DNA of 64,000 nt from Azolla caroliniana (lineage: Eukaryota > Plantae > Polypodiophyta). How positions within the stretch are numbered: the stretch's first letter is position 1; each line of letters opens with the position of its first letter. Under the pieces are notes generated by a model. It did no database searches, was not told the origin of the DNA, and saw nothing but the letters and a program-made list of their open reading frames with translations. The DNA lies in NCBI GenBank assembly GCA_043228905.1, contig JBHGNT010000018.1, forward strand, positions 4,588,001-4,652,000, given 5' to 3'. Position numbers and translations under genes: made by a program. Below are positions 1 to 11,628 of the stretch, piece by piece.

Positions 1-1088
1 GTTTTAAGAGATGCTATTAAAGGTAATATGTATAAAAGCATCCTCATGGATAGATGTATTGATGGTGAGGACTTCATTGAAGCCATACAATTCCAAACTT
101 TGTTTTCTAAGGCATTAATAAAGACAATAAAAAAGAGGCTTCAAGATCCGGTAACTCTTTGCGCATTGAAAATGTTATCACCAATGAACATGTCTACCGG
201 ATCTACAAGCATTTTAGCACGAAAAACTATGGGTCTTAATGAGTTGAAAACACTTGAAAATTTTTATGGCATTCAAAAAATGGTAGATGGGAGAGCGTTT
301 TCTCCCATAATTGATAATGATAAATTGTATGATGAATATGCAATTTTCAAAAGGCAAGCTACCACGGAATGGCTTGGAAGAGATTTCTTAGATGTTTGGG
401 GTATGATAAATTGTAATGATGTGTGGAAAGAAAAGCTACCCGAACTTCTAAAGATTGCATTGATAGGTTTAATCCAATGTTCTTCTACAACAGCGTGTGA
501 GAGAGGCTTTAGTCGCCTAAATCTAATAAAAAATAAGTTTAGAAATAGGCTGAAAAACAATGCGATTGATGCATTGATACGAATCTCTATTGAAGGACCT
601 GAACTAGAAGAACATGACTTCAATGCTAGCATTTTGTTGTGGTGAGAAAGCAAGGCATATCGTCATATTTTTACAGGAACTTCTCATGAGCATGATGATG
701 AGATCGAGGACTTCATAGAAGATATAGATTAAAACTTTATAAATGTGATCGATTTTGTTTTGGAACTTTCTATATATTACATCTAATTTGATCTAATATG
801 TTGTTAATGCTACTTTACAAAGGTTTGAAAAGTGAAATATGTTTATAAAGTTAGATTTTTTTTTGGAAAATATATATCTTTAGTTTTTAGGTTCCAAAAT
901 TTTGTAATTGATTTGATTTGGTATTGCATTAGATTTTTTTTTTGTTATGCGGCCAAAAAAATTTTCAACATGTTCCGGTTGACATTGTTGTTGGTAGGAA
1001 CGTGGCCGGCCAAAATTTTAAAATTCCGGTTAGGTTCATGAGAAGCAGGACAATTTCCGGTAGGGGCTACAAACTTTGCCTAACACTG
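1..1088 (+). mobile_element. Right end of a hAT DNA transposon
   Basis: Transposase followed by AT-rich 3' region, repeated ttccgg motifs, and terminus ...ttgcctaacactg (reverse complement CAGTGTTAGGC, a hAT-type TIR start) at 1088. Left TIR and TSD are not in the window. Confidence 0.6.
28..732 (+). pseudogene. hAT transposase C-terminal part with dimerisation domain (ZNF862-like); 5' part lies outside the window
   Basis: ORF 28-645 contains W...LPELLKIALIGLIQCSSTTACERGFSRLNLIKNKFRNRL...LIRISIEGP, the hAT dimerisation signature. The frame continues past TGA 643-645 into an acidic tail ending at TAA 732. Confidence 0.85.
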
Positions 1089-1624
1089 GTCTGTATAAAG
1101 TTAAATAAAGTATAATATAATTACAATCATTACCAAGCCATATATATGTTGGTTTAAAGTTAAAACCATTGGTTAATTAATGGCACCCATATTTTATATA
1201 GAACTTCTCAATCATTGGTTCATTCATGCCCACCATTTTAAATATAAGACTTTTCAATTATTGGTTCATTCATGGCCACATCTTTACTATAAAGCAATTA
1301 AGAATCATAAAAATGTTGCTTTGAGTATTCAATCATTGGTTCATTCATGAACCTTTATCATTGCTTCCTTCATGACCTTCAAAGTCATTACATCTTAGTT
1401 TGACTATAAAATAATCATTATTATGTTAGTTTGACTATTTAATCATTGATGCATTCATAAAGCATCATTTATTTCAAATCCATTAGAGAGTGATTGGTGC
1501 ACTCAAGATTAGGTACTAAATAAAGTAACTCTGGTTAAAGTGATTGTGGTTACTAACTAACTAACCTTAAGGTTGCCAACCCTCATTAAAGTGACTGTGG
1601 TTACTTTAACCACTGTGGTCAATC

Positions 1625-1822
1625 CCTATAAATAGGAAGACCTCCTCATATTTTAATCACACGAAGCACACGCGCAAAACAAAGCACAAGAGCACAAGAG
1701 AACACAAAGCAAACAAAGCACACAGAGCACGAAGCACCAAACTGAGATCTCCCCCTAAGCATCGACAACGTCCACCATGTCTTCAAAGAAAAGCGAGCGT
1801 CAAGACTCCAGTCCAGGTAAGC
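1625..1822 (+). promoter_or_regulatory. Pol II promoter with short first exon
   Basis: cctataaatagg at 1625-1636, ccaccATG at 1777 (MSSKKSERQDSSP), donor CAG|GTAAGC at 1816/1817. Repeated attggttcattcatg (reverse CCAAT) motifs lie upstream at ~1170-1350. Confidence 0.5.
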
Positions 1823-1861
1823 ATCTGACACTCTGGACATTTTTGTGAATATGTTTTAACA

Positions 1862-2318
1862 CTCAAGAACTCGATACGCCGTATCGAGTTCCTGTATAAA
1901 GTTTGCGTTTTCAACAAGAACTCGATACGCCGTATCAAGTTCTTGTATTATGTTCGTGTTTTATAGAGGAACTCGATACGGCGTAACGAGTTCTTGTATA
2001 AAGTCCGTGTTTTATACAGGAACTCGATACGGCGTATCGAGTTCTTGTAAAAAGTTTGTGTTTTATATAGGAACTCGATACGACATATCGAGTTCCTGTG
2101 TAAAGTATGTGTTTTATAAAGGAACTCGATACGACGTATCGAGTTCTTGTTTAAAGTTTATGTTTTGCACAGGAACTCGATACGTCGTATCGAGTTCCTG
2201 TGTAAAGTATGTGTAACTCCATACCTTGTATCGAGTTCCTGTATAAACACGAACTTTATATAGGAACTTGATACCGCGTATTGAGTTACTGTATAAAACA
2301 CTAAATTTAAACAGGAAT
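1862..2318. repeat. Tandem array of ~59-bp units, each with a ~29-bp palindrome
   Basis: About 8 copies of aggaactcgatacg(g/a/t)cgtatcgagttc(c/t)tg separated by taaag...gtttta spacers. The first and last copies are degenerate. Confidence 0.9.
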
Positions 2319-3334
2319 ATTGTGTCTTTGGGGGAACAATTTAGTATATGTGTGAAAAGATACCAAACTTTCTGTCAAATTCAAACTATTTTAATGACAT
2401 TTGCCATATTTTGTAACAACTAGGGGCCTTACTTAAAAAGGTTTTATGACCTATTATAGCTTAAAATAATAGAAAATAACCCACGAATTACCTTTATGAT
2501 ACCAAATTTAAGTCTGTCATATGCAAATTCTCTACAATAAGGATATGGAATCAATATAAGCCATACCTACCCTTCAAGATGATATATATCCTTATATGCT
2601 TATTAAGATATATAATTTTCGAAGTTGAATAGCCCTTACTAGAATGGATTTCCGAATAAAGGACTATCATGTTCACTCAATACATGATTGATATTTGTAG
2701 TTTACCACAAATCGCTTGCTAGTTTTAGTCTTCGTCTAATTATGTATATTTTAATATACAACCTTAATCTACGTTGTCGTGCCTTTCGGCTCCGGATCGT
2801 TTGCGTGAGTCGGGTGGGAACCGCCGAGGTTTTGGACTAGGAAGAGGAGAGTTTTAAGGCTAATAAGAATATAAATATGTTGTAAGAAAGAGTTATAGCA
2901 AACTCGTGAATCCCACGAGTGTTTTGTATTAGATTAATCAATATGAATATAAGAATATAAACTTCGGTTGAAAGAGAATGATATAGAATTCTCGTGAATC
3001 CCACGAGTATAGTTTATTAATTGGTGTTTTTTAGAAACATATCCAGTTTCCAAATATTTTTCACACACAATTACATTGTGCTCCCCATCCTTATGTAGTG
3101 ATGAGGAAGTCTTAGTAATCCATGCTTTTTCTCTAACTATAGACCCCATGCTTTTCCTATAGATAGACTATATGCTTTATCTAAAGTGATCATGCTTTTT
3201 TCTAACTTGTGTGTTTTTTATCATGCACGCTAGATGTGTATGTGTAGCTTTTTCTTTTGTTATGCGTTTTTCTAATGTTTATCCTAGCGTGAATTTACCT
3301 TTCTATGTGGGACATCTATGCTTTAACACTAATG

Positions 3335-3405
3335 AAATGCTAGTGTAATGGTAAGACATTACATTATTAACATGGAGGTGCAAGGTTCGAATCTTGCCCT
3401 ATGCA
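3335..3405 (+). other. Degenerate tRNA-derived sequence (A/B boxes)
   Basis: tagtgtaatggt (A box) and gcaag-gttcgaat-cttgc T-arm. No acceptor stem or convincing anticodon arm. Confidence 0.45.
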
Positions 3406-3548
3406 TGTTCCATTTATTTTGCTATTTTCTTCTATTTCTTCATTTTTTATTGAATCTAATACTATATACGTTTTTCACGTAGTGTACAAAATACACTACG
3501 ACAACGTGACCACCTAACTTATGTTTTCGCATGTCCTTTCTTAAATAG

Positions 3549-6500
3549 GTCGTTTGAGAACTTGTCGAACCGACCTGTGAAGAAGATAAAGCTCCGGATA
3601 CAGGGCTCTCCAATTGAGACCCAGACCCTACTAGTTCCTGAGAACATGAAGAGAGGAAAAAAGCTTCTCTTCAACGAGGAGACAAAATCTTAACTATCCA
3701 ATGAGGTCAGCTAAAAGAAAATGTTAGCAGCTACTGGTGGTGAGGACCTTCTTGACCATGATCTAATGGACAAGGAATGGTGTATGCAATACATCAACTC
3801 CAAGAAAAAAGTCGTGTTGTATACAACAAAGAAGAAGGGTGACGGTTAGCTTGAAAATGAAACTGCATTTATGTATGGCCGTATTCTAAGATTTGACTTT
3901 GAAGATTCAGATTCAACCAACATACTTGTAATGATTGAGTGCTCTAAGGGGGTACGTAAAGTGTACATTTCTGAAGATCTACTAGTAAAGGAATCTTGTG
4001 GGCCAGAATCTTTTAAAAAAGATCTAGAAAGCTCATAAAACCTTATTGTCAACTTGAGTCCTTATATACAAGGCCATGTAACTCTAAGGGAGCCCTTGCC
4101 CTCCCTAGTGAAGGCCCCGAAAAGGGCATCTAAAGTGCAATCAAGACCAACAAAAAGAAGACCACTAAAATGTCAGACTCCGACTCATCAAGCTCAAACG
4201 AAGATGAGGACACTAAGGGGACGCCAGGAGCTGAGCTGGCATCGGGTGTGTTGTCATCCAAGCAGAATAAGATACAGAGAGAGTTAATGCAACGTAAACT
4301 AGTCAGAAAAGGGCAAGTGTTTAATTTGCCTATAACACACATCCATTGGCCCCCTATAGATGAAAAAATAGGACGAAGACCACTTGAGATCAGAGAGCCA
4401 CACCAAATGCGTGTTCAAAATCTCAAGAAAAAAATGAAAATTAACCCACATGCTATAGTTGTGCCTTTTATTGTTACGGTAGATCCCGAAGAATGTGAAA
4501 CAATTGAAGATTTCGATATAAGAAAGCATGATCAATACAATTACTTTGTAATTGGTGGATCGCATTCGGCGGAGGCACATCGGCAACTTGTGAGAGAACA
4601 TCCAACGACTTTCTTCTTCAATTATGCCGAGTGAAAAATTTATGTGGGCCTCACCATTGAAGAGGCAAAGTTGTTGGCATGGGACCACAATAACGATAAT
4701 GACTATAGGAAGAAAATGTCATTGATTGAGCGTATAAGGTTCTTCCACCATGAGTATTTGGACGTCAAACAAAAGTTCGGTGTGAAGCGACATCCATCCA
4801 GGCCTACGACGTCAATGCTTGCATGAAGTTGACATTGTGGTGGATGATAATGTTAAGTCCGATGGTCTTCGGAAATATGAGTCCTGGTTTCAACTTGCCT
4901 TTAGAGATGGAGAAGTATGGGACCTACAAGATCAAATCTTCTAAATGTGGGAGAATAAGGAGGTTAAGGGTCAACGACAAAAGAAATGTAAGGTAGACCC
5001 TCAACTAGAATTAAAGTCACAAGTGGCCAAGAAAATTGATTTGACAATTGAAGAAGCGGCCAACGACATGAAGTTGTCTCTGTGGAGAGCGATGCAAGGT
5101 ATTAAGGACGAGCAACTTCTTGTGTCTGTTTTGTTAAGGGTTGTGGTGAAAGATTTAAGCCTTGAAGAAATGGTCCCTGAGTTCAATAAGTAAGTATTTC
5201 AAATAGTGATATTGAATTCAATATGGTGCAATTGAAAGTTCTAATCTCGTTTTCTAATTTCACAGTCATAAGGTGTACATGAAGATCCAAGAAGTTAGGA
5301 TGAAACAACTTGGATGTATAACTTGGGAACAAGTGACCGAGGATTATCCTCTAATGTCTTCATATAAGGCGTTATTCGAGTATTTTATTGCATTCAAGGA
5401 TTGGGTTAGTATTGGTGGTTTTTCATTAAGCTTTTCTCATATGTAGAGGTTGTGTAATAATACTTGATGTCTTATTGCTTCTATTAGAAACCGTGTCGTG
5501 GCAAGAAACAAGGAGAAGTTAAGGATATACACGATTTCCCGACATCTTTTCTTGCACATCTTGAGAGAGCCAGAAAAGAAAAGGATCGTCGCTTAGTCAA
5601 GGCATACGGAATTGAGGAAGATGGCTCCTTCAAAAATTTAGCCACAAAAAGGATATTACGAGAGATCTTTACTACAATGTGGTTTGCAGCGATGTCGTTG
5701 ACATGATCCAAAAGGTGCCAAAGAAGGAATATACGCTAATGATTGCCGATATTCCATACGGATTTCGAATGGCAGGGTCATCGTACGATGATGAACTGTT
5801 TAGGTTTAAACAGTTAGAGAAGATGGTCAAGGATTTTGTTAAGCTAACGACTGCATCCTTGTGGAGAATAGTTGTCTTTCATAGTATGGACCAAGGGTAC
5901 TCGGTAGCTCAAGCTTTGAGATCTCGTTGCCATGGCATCGAGAACCTTGCATGGTAAGGATTATTTATATGTGGCCAACCTTTCGGTTCGTAAATGTCAT
6001 TGAATACAGTACGGTTGGCTACTTCAATGAAATTAAGAAACAAAGAATCAAGGAGCATTCTAATGAAGTGGGAGGTTCAAATCTGCTGGTATATCCAGTA
6101 GTGACACGGAAATTGCGACATGTCACTACGACAGTATGGGGACTTGTCAACCCATACCAAAAACCTCAACGACTTATGATGCGCTTGACTGAGATGTTTT
6201 CTGTAGAAGGAGATTGGATATTAGACCTCTTTTCTGGCATAGGTATTCCTCGAACTAGGTTAACGATGTTGAGATAACCAATACTGAATCTTTTTTGTTT
6301 GAGAACTAATTCTTCTTGTTACTTTCTTCACATGGACAACGTCTGCATGTGCATTGAAGCTCTTTAGAAACACAGTTGCATTGGAGAAGGACGCGGAGCA
6401 AGTTATATTTATAAACATGAGGATTAAGGCTTTGTGGGAGTGCCCAAACTAGGACGAGGAGGTCAGTGCAAAGAACCTCGCTGATACTGAAAGGTTTCAA

Positions 6501-6686
6501 CCTGCTTCGAGAGAGCCTATTCCTTCGTTAGCCGGGGAACCGAGGGAGCTAATAGAGCTTGATGATGAGCTTATAGAAGATATTTCGTTGGCTCGCCTAA
6601 CAGGGGAAGCCAATGCACGTATAGCCGAAGAGAGTTCTATACAGGATGACGAAGAAAACGACATTGACGATTTGCTTGCTATGTAA
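3549..6686 (+). pseudogene. Intron-containing ParB/Srx-like domain plus beta-class N6-adenine/N4-cytosine DNA methyltransferase, decayed
   Basis: ParB-like segment REPHQMRVQNLKKKM..VVPFIV..YFVIGGSHSAEA..IYVGLTIEEAKLLAWDHN (~4390-4700). MTase motifs: VVCSDVVDMIQKVPKKEYTLMIADIPYG (DIPY 5748-5759), VIEY, VNPYQKPQRLMMRLTEMFSVEGDWILDLFSGIG (~6146-6242), then after an intron TTSACALKLFRNTVALEKDAEQVIFINMRI. Acidic tail, stop 6684-6686. GT-AG introns at 5190-5265 and 5405-5487; intron 6243-6333 has a mutated acceptor (CAT). Several in-frame stops and frameshifts. Confidence 0.85.
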
Positions 6687-7125
6687 TAGACTCTTTTAAA
6701 AATGTGAAATGTATTGTTTGGAATTCACATTATTAATACAAATTTTGGGTTTTACTTGGTGGATTCTATTCTTTATAATCTTCTATATGTTTCAATTTTA
6801 TTTTTATATACTTGGTTAGTAGACTTATGCCATTGGTTTCCCCGCGTGCATCGTTGACTACCAAATTTAGGGAGAAACATGAATTAGTTTAAATGGAGGC
6901 TGATTTTGGTCAAACTTTACCTTAACATAACATGGTCATAGAATTGTTGCTATGGTGTCCATGTTGTTATTATGGATCTTTGTCTTCTATTGTTAAAACT
7001 GTTATGTTTCTCTTCCATTACTGCTTAGATTGTGTAGTGTGTTGATAATGGTTCCACTAGCGTTATCCGCATGTTTTTATACGCTTGTAGTTCCACTAGC
7101 GTTATCGTTCGGAGTTTGATCACCT

Positions 7126-7378
7126 AAGGAATAGATTACATCAATTTTAAATACAAGTATGAAAGCCTTAATAGGTTTGTTATTTCCACCACATTATCCT
7201 AAAGTTCACTATCTTACATTGTCCACAATTATATACATATGGTTTGATCCCATACGAACAAACTGAGGAATAGATTAGATCAACTTTAAATACAAGTATT
7301 AAATACCTTAATAAGTTAGTTATTCCAATCACATTATCCTAAAGTGCACTATCCTACATTGTCCACAATTATATACAT
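7126..7378. repeat. Two-copy direct repeat, ~141-bp period
   Basis: aggaatagatta.atcaa.tttaaatacaagtat...cacattatcctaaagt.cactatc.tacattgtccacaattatatacat starting at ~7126 and ~7267. Confidence 0.85.
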
Positions 7379-8181
7379 GCGAGTATAGGTCAAAGTATAA
7401 ATTATAACTTATTTTATTAGTATGGTTACAAATACACCTCATATTTTTGTAAAACTTACCAAATTAATATAAGTCTTTAACTTAGTGTTTCCCATGTTGC
7501 ACATTAGTGACATATTGAGCCATTGTTGAACTTTATTATGCCTACATTAACTTATCAACACGTCCAAACTTATTTAAATTTCTAATGATCTCCACTCGTA
7601 GACCTATCATGTATTTTTATATTTGCAAATTCTAATCAAGTTGTGGAACATGCGATACTAGTGCATCCAATTTTTGTAGAGAGGGTATATTTGGATAGTT
7701 TCAAGAAGATTCTACAAGTGGAATGCGCGATCCTTCCACTTGTGAACGTGAACGTGTTTTCTCTTCCATAGATATGCATTAACTCCTCTACTATCAATTT
7801 ATCAAACATGGAAGCATTGCACATATCCCAATTATGATGCGATACACAACACTCCCAAAACAAAAAATTCACCTTCATTTTTCAAGTTCTGTTAAATGCA
7901 CAAGCATATGCTATTTTAGCATAAGGTAGCAACATGACAAAATGTACCAATTTTAACAAATATAAACCCAATTCGGACGATCGATTACAGATTGTATGAA
8001 GCAATGAGGAATATCTTCTTATTGAACCATTCAATGAAAGTGCGAGTGTCTATCAATGTGTGTGTTGACTTTGATATTCTTTGATGCTTCATGAGAACCC
8101 GCACAACGTTGAATATGTTTTTTTTTTCGAAAAAAAAAACTACATTAGTATTAGAAAATGCTATAAAGCTATACATATAAG

Positions 8182-8839
8182 CATAGATTGACACATGCAT
8201 GATATTCGTGATATTCTCCCTGCACAATATTCTCAATATTCGAGAATACAAAATGGCCCCAAGAATATTAGAAAACCATTCGTTTTGCAAAATAAATATA
8301 AAATATTTATTTATTTATTTAAATAAATTTATTTCACCGAAAGAAGAACAATGATTTATTAATAGATTATATTATCAAGAGAGTTTATGAAACTTATTTT
8401 AATTAATCAATTAATTAATTAATTTTTAAAAAAAGAATATTTTTATATTTATTATATATATATGATTAGTATGAACTTTAAAGATACGATTAGTTTGAAG
8501 TACTATTTTTAATGTCAAAATAAAAATATCCATAAATTTTGAGGGAATAAAAAGTGAGAAATTAATGAGTCTTTATTTTATTTTATTTATTTATTAAAAA
8601 TTAAACGAATACTTATAGCTTATAAGTTATACATTTATTATAAAAACTTAGTAGTTTCAAATCCCCAAGTCCCTCTTTTATATATCCCTATTTATTGTCA
8701 AGTTCCTTTTTTTTATCCTAGGAAATTAATAAAGACAGAGTTTTTTTTTATAGTTAAACGATACTTGACCACCCATTCGTATTCGTATTCGTTTGCATTC
8801 GAATGGGAAACCCAACGAATGCGAATATGTCAATCTATG
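8182..8839. mobile_element. hAT-type MITE
   Basis: 12-bp TIR catagattgaca/tgtcaatctatg. 8-bp TSD catataag (8174-8181) and catacaag (8840-8847). Confidence 0.85.
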
Positions 8840-8873
8840 CATACAAGGTATACTACATATCCCCTTTATTTTT

Positions 8874-10308
8874 CTAAATTCTAACCATAAGCTTAAATAA
8901 ATACTTTGGTGTTGAGTAAAACCACTCCACCTGATTAGAAAGCCATCTATAAAATATACATATGTCCCAAATGGCATGAAACTCCAAATGCTTAAGCTCC
9001 GCTTGATGCGTATTACCTTTTATACTATCCAACAAACATATGAGATTATGTACAATCTCTGTCCAAATTCCCGAAATTATTTGGGCAAATCTTTTAGTCA
9101 CGTTTTGAAATGCCTTCAAACATCAAGTCTTCCAAATATACCAAATTGTAATACCATTTGCAATAAACCCTAAACCTTGCTCTAACTTGCAATAGTTGGA
9201 GGGATAAAGGCATATTTGATGACTTGTTGAAGTTGTTTTGGAGGAGACTATGGGCATTCGATATGCTAGAAAAAATAAAGCTTTGGTTGTGGCTTCTTAG
9301 TGATAAAGCGGTACTGGTGGGGGAGTGGTTGAGGTGTCGTCGTGGTGAGGCTGGTTGCAAGATATGTGGACACTCTTTGGAATCAATCCCTCACTGTTTT
9401 TGGAATTGCAGAGAGGCTATTAACATTTGGGGTAGAAGTCTCAGGATAGTGGCAGCATGCGGTGTGAATGGGAGAGTTGTATGGGGGTCCTTACAGGGGC
9501 TGAAGTTAACAGGGAAGGTTGGGCTAAACAATTAAACCCCCACGGTCATGGATTTGTGGTGCAGGGTGGCAAGGTGTTTCAACGTGCTGGAGTTCGATCT
9601 GGCACTAACTCAGAATTTTTTGAAGAGATATGGATGATGGTAGCTTGTTTATTGGTCTGGCACATTTGGACCAGGCATTGTAAGTTCGTTTTTCAATAGC
9701 AAAAGCTCCCTAACGGTGAGGTGTTGTTAAATATCTGGTTCGAGCGGGTATCTTAGTTGCGGGGACGGTATGACTTGATTTAGGGGGAATCTGATGCAAC
9801 TGAAAGAGCTCGGTCAAAGTTCCTGTTGAAATGGGGTAGTTCTCCTATGGTGGGCAGATCATCATCAGGGCCTAAATGGAACTACCAAGCACCCCGATGG
9901 TTGTTTCCACCAATGGCTTCCATTAGTGACCAGGTGTTATAAATATGTATAGATATGGTACAAGTTAATTACTAGGTTATAGGAGTTGTTAGGATACTTT
10001 TGTTGAAAATGAGGTGGGGACTATGAGCACTTTGGTGAGATGGCCAGGGTGAGGGTTGCTGAAAATTGATGTACTTTGTTTGCTAACTAATGCGAAGTAG
10101 TGTCTTTTTTTTGGAAAAAAAAAATACCACTTACCAATTTCCATTAGTCTATATTTGCGGATTCAAAGGTATCAATTTTTTTTTCTATCGAACCATATTT
10201 CATCACAATAGCATCTTCAACCTCCTGTTCATATACCATAGGTTTATCATGTACCACCACCCATAATATTGCTCCCCATGTATACACTGCTCTTGGATAT
10301 ATTGGAGT
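8874..10308 (-). mobile_element. L1-type LINE 3' fragment split by a younger LINE
   Basis: Pieces 10130-10308 (YPRAVYTWGAILW...WKLVSG) and 8874-9156 (ITIWYIWK..IWTEIVHNL..WFYSTPKYLF) join across the insertion. Same C-terminal motifs as the neighbouring L1s. Confidence 0.7.
9157..10122 (+). mobile_element. 5'-truncated L1 LINE (zf-RVT and C-terminus, poly-A tail)
   Basis: KIKLWLWLL..CKICGHSLESIPHCFWNC zinc finger, WNYQAPRWLFPP end, poly-A 10115-10124, TSD aatacca at 9150-9156 and 10123-10129. Confidence 0.85.
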
Positions 10309-10495
10309 CATAGATTGACCCATGTGTGATATTCGTGGAATTCGCCATCCGTAATATTCGAGAATACAAAATCACCCCAAGAATATTACAGAACCATTCA
10401 TTTATTTATTTATTATTTAAAAAAACAAATATTTTTACATCTATTATAAAAATATTATTACTCCCCTTTTTAATGTCAGATAAAAATATCAAATT
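10309..10495. mobile_element. Truncated second copy of the hAT MITE at 8182
   Basis: Starts catagattgac and shares aatattcgagaatacaaaat..cccaagaatatta..aaccattc. Right end not found. Confidence 0.7.
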
Positions 10496-11628
10496 TTGGT
10501 GATAAACGCCATGTCGCTGACTACCACCAACATCATCACAACATCACTTATCTTGACAAAAACAACATTGCTCATCTATGTTATGTCATGTTATTTGTAC
10601 TAAAGACGGTGCTGGTGCCGGGAACAACCAACGAGGTGGTACGTAATTCCACTTGACATTTGTGGCTTCATTCAACATAATAGGAATAGATGACCAGACT
10701 CTACGAATTCTCATTCTTTTCTTATTAGTTGTGTGTCCAGAACCCTTATAAGTATCATAAGCACCTTTAATAGTATGTACCAATAAGTCCCAAAAAGACT
10801 TAACCTGATCCACAATGTGAATGTTTTCATCATTGTATAGCTTGGAACACTAGCTTTCCAAAGAACCCATAAAGCCAAAGAGGAAACAATCTACTAGACG
10901 TAACTCCGGAAGAAAAACTTGATTCCCTGCAAGGAGCTTGAAGTAGAGTATACCTGAAAACTTCCGACATGTAATGTCAAGCAAGAATAATGATGATGAT
11001 AAAAAGTCATTTGTTGATCTAACCTTCCCTAGAAGGCTGCACCCCATGTGAAAATCCCCGACCTATACTTACGACCTAGTAACCTAAGAATTCGAAACCA
11101 ATTATTTTTTGCAACAACAGATTCCCAAAATACATGATGCAATGACTCACGTACAAAACCACACATAACACATGACCGATTAGTTACAGATCCCCTCATC
11201 AAATCACCTACTGACAACGCATAATGAATCATCAACCAACGAAAGTGTAATATCTTGTCCATACATTTAGTTGACCAAAATTGTTTCCAAAATATCATCA
11301 TATGAGAAGATGAGACATTACCTTCCTCCCAATACCTTTTTTCCAGTAGGTATTGACTCAGTCTGACTCAACATAAAGTTTCTCCCGAATGCCACCGAAT
11401 ATGTGAAGAATGGGAGGAGCTTAGTGGAATTATTAGGAATGGACCATTTCCAACCATAATCCATTGGATCCCACTCCAGATCAGCAAGTGGCCTAGAGTG
11501 TAAAATCCAAATAAGAGATGAATAGTTAGCAATTAAGGAACTTGGGTTAATAAACCATTTTTTATCCAATCTAGCAATTACTCTCACTGGTATCTGCTTT
11601 GCAACAGACATAATTGGAGACTCGTCAT

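Noticed and set aside
1862-2318. CRISPR-like array of palindromic repeats
   Set aside because: The spacers are similar to each other rather than unique, the context is eukaryotic, and no cas genes are present
3335-3405. Functional tRNA gene
   Set aside because: Acceptor stem and anticodon arm do not pair
3549-6686. Bacterial or phage contamination as the source of the MTase
   Set aside because: GT-AG introns interrupt the gene, one intron splits the SAM-binding motif, and it is contiguous with plant TEs
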